This document shows, one piece after another, positions 51,101 through 62,494 of a DNA stretch of 64,000 nucleotides. The position numbers were made by a program, and so were the translations under genes. The notes under the pieces are model-generated. The model ran no database searches. It had not been told where the DNA came from and saw only the letters and a program-made list of their open reading frames with translations. Each line of letters opens with the position of its first letter. The first letter of the stretch is position 1. The DNA comes from Lingula anatina (lineage: Eukaryota > Animalia > Brachiopoda). The stretch is taken from NCBI GenBank assembly GCA_051362555.1, contig CM120644.1, positions 15,956,534 to 16,020,533 on the forward strand, in the 5' to 3' direction.

Positions 51101-54100
51101 ATTTTCCCACAAAACCTTCTGGGTTCTTTTCACTAGGTCTGTGAGGCTTTCCGAATCTGATCCTGTGATGAGAGCATCATCTACATAAAAGTTCTTGGTG
51201 ACAAAATGTTTCACATCTTCATCAGCATGTTCCACTGCTTTCCTAAGGCCGTAAGTGGCTACGGCAGGTGACGGAGTGTTCCCAAATACATGGACTCTCA
51301 TTCGGTATTCAATTATCTCTTTCTTCGGGTCATTATCTCTGTACCAGAAGAATCGTAGGAAGTCTCTGTGTTCTTCATTTACTAGAAAGGAGTAAAACAT
51401 CTGTTGGATATCTGCTGTGACTGCGATTCTGTCTTTCCGAAATCTTAAAAGTACTCCCAATAAACTGTTGGTTTGGTTTGGTCCAGTGAGTAGATTCTCA
51501 TTCAAAGAGTACCCTTCATACTTGACAGAAGAATCAAAAACTCCTCTCACTTTATCAGGTTTTCTGGGATGGTATATTGCAAAAAGAGGAAGGTACCAGA
51601 CTTCCTTTCCAGGTGGAAGCTCGGGGGCTACTTCCGCAGCTTGAGTATCGAATATGTTCTCCATGAATTCCACCATATGCTGAAGTTTACGTTCGTCTTT
51701 CTTTAATGCTGCGTCAAATGATTTTGCCCTGCCAAAGACTTGTGACCTGTTATTCGGCATTCTCTGTCTTGGGTGTTTGAATGGGAGAGGAGCCATCCAC
51801 TGATCCTTGTCTTTTTGCATAGATTCATTCATAATGTCAAGAAATTCCCTGTCCTCTGTGGACAAACTAACGCGGTCGTCTTGGGCTGTAATTTTGAAAA
51901 CATCTGAACCAATCTGATTTTCTTCTTTCAAGAGTATTGCACTGGGACATGGTAGAAAGTTTGTAGGGCGCCCGTCGTTCATGATGTTGGTCTTGAAGGC
52001 GGATATCCTCTTTGGCTGATGTACTTTTCCAAGGCAGACTTCACCAATGATTACCCATCCGAGTGGTAGTTTCTGGCCAAATGGATGATTCTTAGAACCC
52101 AGGAGTTGATCTTGAACATGATGTGCTTCAATTAGATCTCTGCCTATGAGCAGACCGATTTCAGCTTTGGGGTTCAAGGGAGGAATCTTCTCTGATAAAG
52201 AACTCAGGTGTTCATACTGCATAGCCACGTCCGGAGTAGGGATTTCAGAACGATTCTTAGGAATGTCACACTCAATTATTTCGGGAAGCACAAAGGACTG
52301 AGTACCATCATAAGACTCAACAATGAGGTCCACAGCATGCCTTGCTGATATGTGAGTGGTCCCTGAGCATGAAGACAATGAATAACTACGCAACCCTCCT
52401 GAGATCTGCAGCTGGTCAAAAAGAGCTGGGGTTCCTAAGGACTTGTTACTCTGATCATCATGGACAGCATAAACTGCAACAGCCTCTTCTGGTCGGCCTT
52501 TGGGAAATACCCTCACTAAAACATTTTTAGCACATGACCGTCCAACGAATCCTTCTTCACACAATGCAGTACATTTAGTAATCACCTCCCCGCCATTCGC
52601 TCTTGGGGCAATACCTTCATCTGTGGAAACGTTGTTTCTTCTCTCAGCATTGTTTCTTCTTTCTGGAATACCACTCGGGGCACCTTTTACTGGGAAATTG
52701 GTTTGGGAAGGAAATGTTTTCTCTCCACAAGATGACTGAATGTGGCCCTTACGACAGCAACCAAAACAATAGCCATATTTCCTCATAATACACTTCTGCT
52801 CATTCGGGCTTTTCTGACCAAACACTCTGCATTCCCTGAGTTCATGGTTTGTGCCATGCAGTGGGCACTCTTCCTTTTGAGCGACATCAGTCTTCCTGCT
52901 TGTTATCATGTTTCTTTCCTTTGGTCTGTCTTTAATAGAAGTATTGTGTGTAAAGTCATACTGAAAACAAGGATTGTTCTTTGTTTGGCTCAGCTTCTTA
53001 ATGAATTTGACGAATTCAGGGAATGGAGGGTAATGGACTCTGTTGTTCTCTTTGTATTTCACGGCATGAGATGTCCACTTGTTCTGTTGGTCCTGAGTTA
53101 ACTTGGCTACTATTGGGTTTATTCCTACCGCTGAGTCAAGATAGGACAGGGTCAACCCACACAATTCATCTTCCTTAAAGGCCTGAATCTCTGACAGGAG
53201 ATCTAAAAGTTCATACAGTTTCAGTGTATCCTTTGACGTCAGTTTAGGAAACATGTCTATTTTCTTCCTCAGGACAGATTCTATTAACTCTGGGCTACCG
53301 TATCTTTCCTCCAATCTTTCCCAAATCTCTTTGACTGCTTTCTGAGGTTGACTTGGATTTGCTGTTTTAATACTAATTGCATGCTTTCTGCTGGTGGGAC
53401 CCAGCCATCTGATGAGTAAGTCTACCTCTTCTGATGCTGACAGTGCTAAATCTTTCTTCATACTAACAAAACTTTCTTTCCATGAAGCATATGTCTCTGG
53501 GGTTTCTTGAAATGTAGTTAATCGAGTGAGGAGCAACTCCTTCTTCAGTAGATAATTCATTATCCCTGTCATTTCTCTGCCATTTTCAGTAGCTGGTGTG
53601 AATTCAGAGGCATTCGGATTCAACTGTTCTGGTAAGACTCTTGGTAATTGTGGAACTTCAGTACTGGTGACTGCTGATGGAACGGGTTCTGGTCTACGCG
53701 CAATTTCTAAAAACTGAGGTGCCGTCACTGCTGACACACTTTGTTCTTGTCTTGTATCTGATTGTTGGGTGTGTATGGTTGCTGCTGAGTGTCTCTCTAC
53801 GAAGGCTGCTGTGCGATTTACAGCACTTTCTATGGGTAGACCGGGGGATTCTGGTCTTCTTCTATGGGGAAACAACTGTATTTCTTCGTCTTCGAGTACC
53901 TGCGCTTCGGCCTCTGCTGCAGCGTGAGATTTCCTTTCCATTAACAGCTCAAGCTCTGCTTCTAATTCAGCTTTTTGTCTGTTTCTTTCTGCAGCTCTGA
54001 TCACGTTTTGTTCCTCCAAAATTGCCTGTCGTTTCTTCAGTTCTACTTCTTGCTCTGCAAACTTGAGCCGTGCACGTGCCGCTTCTGCTTTCGCTCTCTT

Positions 54101-54771
54101 TCTGATTGTGGATGAGGTGCCTGTTGATGAAACAGATCTAGATCTAGCTGATGTAGCTAATTCTGCACCCAAGTCTGGAACTGTGCTTGATGGCTCTTCG
54201 GCGCCTGTTGACATCTTGAAATGGAACTAGAGGTGAATTGACTTCTAAATGGGCTGGACCTTTTTTACTGTCTTGCTTCCGGAAAACAAGAAGATAACCC
54301 TCTTTGTTGTTTGATACAGCTATCTTTATTTCCAACAAAGGAATGTGGTAAAAAACTGAAATAAAATAAAGAAAACCTATGTCAAAATGCTGACGATGAC
54401 ATTTCTATTACTTATTGTGGCACTTACAGGCCACCGTACCTTACAAAACTAGCGTGAAACGTGCTGCATTCTTGCATTGACAAGTTTTAACGTGAATACA
54501 TAATAAAAGCAGTTTACAGATACTAAAAATGTTCTTTACACAACCACAATTATCAAAACTATATAAAATGTGGAAAACTCACGGTGTGCGTGGCCTATCT
54601 TTAGAAAAAACTCTGAACAGTTCACTAGCGGCTGCTGATGAGCGAGCATGGAGCCTCGACATGAAAAACTAGGTCAAATACGAAGGCCCGTAACAACACA
54701 ACAGTGTACAACCTGGCGTGGGTTAAATGCATTGTCACAGTGGTAGCATTATCACTAATAACCGTTTTTTC

Positions 54772-54820
<49 letters not shown>

Positions 54821-57800
54821 ACGGCAATAATGAACACGATCATCATCTTCATCATAAAATAAACTTTAGGGCCTTCGATCATGATAAATGAGACAAGAAA
54901 AATATACTGCCTTTTTCTTTCAAAATCTAATTAAAAACAGTAAACTAACTCACCATGCACATCGCTGGCATGACATCTGCAGGAACAAGACGGGTGTCCA
55001 GGGCAACAAACGGCACGCAGCTAAATGCCACAACACACCCGGTCGCTATGACGTTGTTAAGATTTGGTGATGACAGTTTGATGTGGCTACAAAAAATGAA
55101 ATAAAAAAAAAACAATACAGCTACCTCAATCAAGATTAAGATTAAATCTTTGCATAAATGTAAATTACAACTTACGCTGAATTTTTTTAATTTGAAACAT
55201 TTTAAAGGGCAAGTATTAGCCTGTTTTTCAGCCTAGAATATTGCTTTTGCCTGTTTAAGAAACGCTAATAATTTTGCACATTTATTAAAAATCTTCTAAT
55301 TCCCTTAAGTGTAGAAATCGATTTTAAAAGCGCACGCTTTTAGAGCGATTTTGCTGACCTACATAAAAACACCAATCTTGGCTGCTACAGTACTTTACAG
55401 GTGGTTCTGGGGTTGACCTATATAATACACGTGACCCACTTTCTCGTTCAGAAACAGTCATGTTGCAATGAAGCTGTTCTCCATGAAAATCTGAATATTC
55501 AATCATGGTTAAAAAGTGTGATGCCCATAACTGCTCAAACTCAAAGCATACTGGGCACAGCTTGCATAGGTTTCCGCAAAAGCACAAATTACCTACATAA
55601 AAACACCAAACTTGGCTGCTACTTTACAGGTGGTTCTAGGGTTGACCTATATAATACATGTGACCCACTTTCTCGTTCATGTTGCACTGAAGCTGTTCTC
55701 CATGAAAAGCGTGAATATTTAAATATGGTTAAAAAGTGTGTTGCCCAGAACTGCTCAAACTCAAAGCATACTGGGCACAGCTTGCATAGGTTTCCGCAAA
55801 AGCACAATCTACGTCGCCAATGGATCAGGTTTGTGCAAACAAAAAGGAAGAATTTCACTGCACCCTCGCCATCGTCTCAGGCCGTTCTTTGTGGGGCACA
55901 TTTCGCGGCAGACTGTTTCGAATCCCCACTTATGAACACGATGGGGTTCAAGACAAAAAGGTCTTTGAAAGAGGATGCTGTGCCTACTCTTCATGCCAGT
56001 GTGAAGCGACCAAACACCGGAGAAAGTGAACGGACCGAGCAGTTGATAAAACGCCGCGGCAGGGTCGTTAAGAAGCTTGAAGTATCCAGAGTGAGTAATT
56101 ATTATTCAGTTTATTATATAATGCCTACCAACGCTATATAAAGCTAATTACAATTCACTTAGATAGATAATAGTTAAGGAAAATTTGTGACTGAGTGCGG
56201 ATGATTTCCGATCGAGTTTATACTTCACATCTACTCACAGCAGTAATAGGGGGGAGGGGGCGACGGGGGGGGGGGGGGTGGAGGGGCATGTGTGCACATG
56301 TAGTTGTGTATTTTGACGTAATGGTAATTGCTTTCAGTCAATCTTATCAGACACATTACGTATTTAGTTACTCGATGAGTTTGAGACAGGAGGAGCCTCT
56401 CAAAACGAAATGCCGTCTTCAAAAGAACCAGTAGCCATCACTACACAGGCCCAGCCATCCCCACCATCCCCAGTATGTGAGCTGCCTGAAGCAAAATCCA
56501 CGCATTCCGTTACATTATCGTAGCAAAGGTAAATTGTTCTGTATTCATTTGCTACTAGTTATTAATTTAGTAATTATGATGTGGAGGTGCCGTGGGGATT
56601 ACAGCTAATTATCCCACTAATTGGAGATATAATAATAAACACAAAATAGGCAGAGATATTTTTTAAATTTTTGGCAGCCTTCTCCTTCCTTCAAATTTCT
56701 TATCAGGTTTAACTTTCTTTTTTTTTTTTTTTTTTTTGTTGTCACCTAACTATTCATGAATTTGATGGTGTTAGGGAATTTCTACCCTCTACCATGCCCA
56801 CAGATAGATTTTTCACTAGATATTCACTAACAAGTCTCTGCCTAATTCATAACACATTTCTTAAGTGCACATATTTAATCCTGTGGTTCTGGTAGAAGAT
56901 AGGGAATATCTTGCCTACAGGGAATTTAATCCAGGTAGTCTTCCTAAAGCTTCATGTGATGTTCACTTCCAGGCCTTTGATATCATAGATGATTACTAAC
57001 GAGATCTTTTAATCTTGTGTGTTTCCTGCTTTTTACAACATATACAACCAGTTAAGGGTGTAAGGGAAATACATACTATTTGTAATTCACAGCAGCAAGT
57101 TCAAAAGTATGAATATATTAAAGGGATATAATAACTGTTCGTTTTGGACAAAAAATTAATTTTTCTGGAGTAAACAACAATTTTACCACACTTATCAATG
57201 GTTGATGAATCCATTTTTACATTCAAAGTAAGTCCCTGTTTTTTTTTTGTTTTTTTTTCTAAAAAGCGTGTTTTTTGTTGTAATCTCTCAAGAGATTATA
57301 ACAGAGCATAGCCATCTATGGAGGTCACGTGGTCTAAAGCTCAGATATCAGAATAATAGCTACAACTGCCGTTTTTGTGGTACAACAGAATGTATTGTAT
57401 TTCTATGAGTTGTTCACAATGATTTATTGTGAAATATAGATCGCATACGAAGAGTTATTATCCCTTTTATTTTATTACTCACATTTAATGCTCAATTTAA
57501 TTTTGATTAATTTTTCAAATGTAATGCAGTTTGGGGAAATTGAGTGGGTCTTGAATAATAAATTTGGTACACTACCGGTAGATTGAAATAGAATGTATTT
57601 TTTTTTACTACTAAATTTTAATTTAGTTTTTTATTGCTCACAAATTAATATTCACTCCCTTTAGGGACCATGACGAGAAGAGACAACATGAAAGATGTGG
57701 GAACTCAATATGACTGTGTAGAATCCCCGTTGCATGACCAAAAACCACAAATATTAATATGAACAAGGTCCAAACTTGACGCCCATTAGTTATATTGTCA

Positions 57801-60800
57801 TTAAACGCCACCTACCGATGATTCCTGAAGACGATGTTAAAAACTAGCAGACACAGCCCGAGTAAAATCCCAAGCCCGGCGAGACCAGTGATGACAGCTG
57901 CCAGAGCGCCGTCGATGTACGACATTCTGTTTACGACAGGGGTGTGGTCAAGAGGTACATGTCCACCTAGAAGACGAGAGGACAATCGATATTTAATTAT
58001 TTATTTATTTATTTATTATTATTTTTTTTAATAAATTTGTTACTTTTTAGAATCCAATGTCGATGTCCATCAAGTGACCTTACTGAATGCGGTTACTATA
58101 ATAAGCAAACAATAAGCAAATAAAAAACACATTAGATTGCGTGTATCCATTGCGATATGTTTCCCAAAGTATCATGTAAGTCATAATAATAGTTTCTTCA
58201 AACAACAGTTAGGCCGCGTTCAGATAAACCCAATCATATAAGCTGGGTCGATCCAAATCGATCGATTCTCGCTTCAGTGTGATCAGCTCAATCCAGTGAA
58301 AGAGCTTCCGAGATCCGAGCGCACACTATAATATAGTTAGTTACCCCATTGCTGGTCAACAATTACACTGATTACATTGATTGCGCTTAAGCAAAAATCC
58401 TCGCAGAGTCGGATCAATGCAGCTATTTCGATGGGTTTATCTGAACGCTCCCTTAGACAGTTTCATATCAAGCTGTACTCTTAGTTGAGAGATTACACAA
58501 CAACCCCCGCACACAGGGCCGTAGCCTCCGGGGGGGCAGGGGGGGCAGCTGCCCCCCCCCTGGAATTTGGAATTTTACACACCACACCCTCCCCCCTCGG
58601 TAGCTTCGCCCCCTCGTGTCGGCTTACTGCCCCCCCTGGCATTTTGCTCAGGCTACGGCCCTGGCACATGAAGCGGTCAATAAATTATCTAAACAGAACG
58701 AAGCGAACTTGTGAAAGATAATAAATTTGCCTACAGCATAATTAAAACATTTCACATTAAGAGATATTTGTACGTACCAGGCCACTTTAACAGAGATTCA
58801 TCAATGCTGATTTGCCCTGTGATCTCGTTGTGCACCCCAACAGCCACTTGGACAGAGTCTGAAATTTACCACAGCGCAGCGGTTACCATGGATACGAAGT
58901 ACGGTTGCTATGACAACATAAACCGAATTAATGACAACGGCGTAACTGATTACGTGCATTCACTTATCGTTATCTTCGATTTTCGCATTAAGGCGTTCAT
59001 ATAAGCCAGTTGATTGATGTGGCTTCCAAATCTGCGTGACGAATGAGTCTGGATTCATGCTGCCTATGACAGAGAGACGGTGGGGAAAGAGAGAGAGGCG
59101 GGAAACAAATATATTATTATGGGTTCAGACACTTCCGGGGAACATTTACCTTGGACTTGGGTGATTTCCAACTGCCAAGGCCTGCTACCGTTTCCATAAA
59201 ATGACATTGGACCCTAAAATAATATTTGTTTAAGAAGTTCGATGACGACGCACAAATATGTCATTCCATTATTTATTTACTAGTCATTTATTTATTTACT
59301 AGTCAAATTTAAATATGATTTTTTCTCTTTCTTTGGGTCACACGTTTGCTTCAGCGAGAGATTGGATTTTAATAATGTAAAATCGATTCAAATCAAAGAA
59401 ATGTGACCAGAAAAATCAAACAGGCTCCAAAGAAAATAACGTTTACCATACTTTAAAAACGCTTGTTTCTACCCAATATGTATTTTCCTTACCGTCATCC
59501 CTGTAAAATTTGTTTTCTTCAATTCCTCCATGAGAATACTCAACAGGTGACTGTCTTCGTAGGTGAAGTCATCGAGCCGCTTTGGCCTGACAACTGTTTC
59601 TCCGTCAACAACCTCCGTGACGACCTGAGTGGACATGAAAGAATATATATATATATTTTTTTTTCTTAAGTTCCATCGTGATACATGTATATATGAAGTG
59701 CAGCAAATGCGTTAAGTCCTTTTCGTATCAAGAGGTCCAGATTTCTGTACCGCACCAGTTTGTCTGATTCTGACATGAACTTCTGTCGGGGGTCGAGGAA
59801 CGGGAAAGTATGGGGGTTATTTCCTTCAACAAACCCCAAAACAACAATCAAAAGCAGTTTGGTTAACTGGTCGTGTCGAGCGCGAGTTTTTGTGAATCTC
59901 TTAGGTAAAAGCCATGCTTAGATGGCACCGTTCTAAAATAAAATAAACTAAAATACGTAATTTTAGGGCCCTTCAACGGACTTCTAACGCCTCGCCAAGG
60001 GGCGGGAAGGGGAGGCGTCGCCTGCCGTTCCTAAAAAAGGACACCCTTCGAACAATCCTGGATCAGCCCCTGCGTTCGATGTTTAAAATGCGTTGAAAAT
60101 ATACGGGCAGGGTAGGGAGACAAGAACAAAGCACCCTCCTGTCGGTTTCAGCAAGCTCTGCTGACAATATGAATGAAGAAGAGAAAATCAGAAGGGTTGT
60201 TCAGAACCAAATTAATCGGCGGACTTACAGATCCACGGATCAAACATGGCGCACACTTGACAATGGATTCCCTCCTCCCCTTGCGCCGTCCCTGCAGGAA
60301 CAGAGCAATTGAATCTCGACATGGTTTCAAGTGGATATGTAAGTCAGCGGATCAAATGGTTCTGAATAGGCCCTTAGATACTAGTCGATCTGAAGTGCTC
60401 GTTTTTTTTTAATTGCTGTCAGCAGCTTCCGACAGTGATGAGCAATCTCTATCAAACTGTTTGTGTGTTCATGACGGATCAAATATCTTGAAACACATCT
60501 AGCTGGCTATAAAATCACTTAAGGGAACACTTCGCGCCATTGGTAATTTTTGCATTGACAATTTAAATATTTATGACCATTAAAACACTGGCAACGCCTA
60601 GCAACCGGCGTCATAAGTATGGCGCCAAAAGGAGAACAATGACATTCAAATGAGAAAGCGACCTCATAAAGTGACAAGAACTTGCAAATAAGCAGTTAAG
60701 AGTACAACTTTTGAACATTTCAATTTTTCGACTGTCAGTTATTTTCGCAGGCGGTTTTCATTCTTACGAACAATTGCATTCAGCAAGTAAAACAAGTTCG

Positions 60801-62415
60801 AATCAATGGAAATGAATTAAAACTTACCTGTTTAGCTACTTCGGGAATAGCAGAGTTCAGGGCCAGTGCAGCTGCCCATATGGCGTCATAGCCAAAGGGG
60901 TGGTAATCGTTAAAACCATACTTTTCAAAACTGGGCCACTGTTTATAGCGTCTTTCATACTGATCGAACGACTGAAAATTAATTTTAAAAAAATACCTGT
61001 ACATGTACAAACAAGTACCGTATGAGAAATAACGTAAGATGGTTAAAACTTTAAAAAAAGAAAGCACTTCGTAGGCAATATATGAAAAAGGTGTCATTTA
61101 TGTAATACAAGTGCGACATAGTTGATCTTACCTAAATGATGGAAAGAGTACTAGAAAAGGGTATAATTTTACATGTACAATTCACCATAAATTTCAGAAA
61201 TTAGCTTCATTTGGGCTAGATTCACTATGAACAGGTTAAATATACAAATGCGCTGATGATTTACCAGCCCATTTATCGTCTCAAGACCATGAGTAAACTT
61301 CTCAAAGGTCAGAAGCTCCATTAAGGTCAGCGCGTGCTCGGTGGCGGCCTTGATCTCCGACGGGTCACAAGCCGTATCATTGACCGACATCCAGTCTTTA
61401 TTATACCAGCCGTAGTACAGCCACACCACTTTCCCGCCGCTCATGCCGAACCGATAAGCCTGTGGATTGCGACAGATGGCGCTAAATTTACAGCAAAAAC
61501 CCGTCCCAATAATTTCTCAGCTAATTGCGTTTACGTCTTTTACCATACTGCGTATCTTTACGACAGTCATTAGAATAAACTCGCTTGACCTTGGCCTAAT
61601 TTTAATCCTTCAATTTAACAGACCTTATCATAACCTTGACCTTACATGTACATTGACCTTTATATAGATTACATGTGTACCAGTACCTTGCAAAGAATTC
61701 TACGGAAGGTTTGCTCAGAGCCGTCGAAGATGATAATGCGGGCGTCACGATTCTACAAGAAAATATTATCAGCTTTAATAAAAGTGGTAGGCCTACATGT
61801 AAATATGAAATAAATATACCTAAATAATTGTAGTTGTGCTAGTACTGTTGACATATACAGCGAGAAAGCAGTCCCAAATGCGGACACAGACTTAAATGGT
61901 GTGATACGTTCCCACAGACGACACGTTAGAGAAGACGCCATTATGGCCCCATTCACAACGTTAGTTGATCCGCACAATTCCCTCGGGGAACGCATTGGTG
62001 TCTGTTTAAGGATTATGCAGCACGCTTTCAAGTGGGTCGGCCATAATTGATCCGCGGATGTGGTAAAGTCCGCGGATCAACTTGTTCTGAATGTGCCTCA
62101 TGTGTACTAACCTTGAGGTCCTGTATCTGTACATCTGACAATTCGTCTATATCGCCTACGGTATGGTAAGCCAAGCTCTCGATACCATTGTTTTCAAATA
62201 ACTTGTGAAGGATTGCCATATTCTGTTGACAAAAAAAAACACAATTATTTTTAATAAGCTTCAGAAAGGTTTTGGTTGAGTTTACCAAAACCGGTTTTTT
62301 TTTGGGGGGGGGATATGTCTTCTTTGCATATGTTTAAGAAACAAATGAAATTATTTCAACGTACTGCATGCACACGCCTGTATGGTATATACATGTAGTC
62401 TGGCTGTCTTTCTGG

Positions 62416-62494
<79 letters not shown>

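Larger units (their letters stand above)
48001..54700 (-). mobile_element. Full-length BEL/Pao (Belpaoviridae) LTR retrotransposon in intron 12 of paralog C
   Basis: Two 432-bp TG...CA LTRs, identical by eye; 5-bp TSD ACAGT at 47996-48000 and 54701-54705; single gag-pol ORF; the homologous intron of paralog B (~29500) is empty. Confidence 0.97.

Noticed and set aside
54144-54338. 64-aa ORF spanning U5 and the gag start
   Set aside because: Non-ATG start and no motif; likely incidental.
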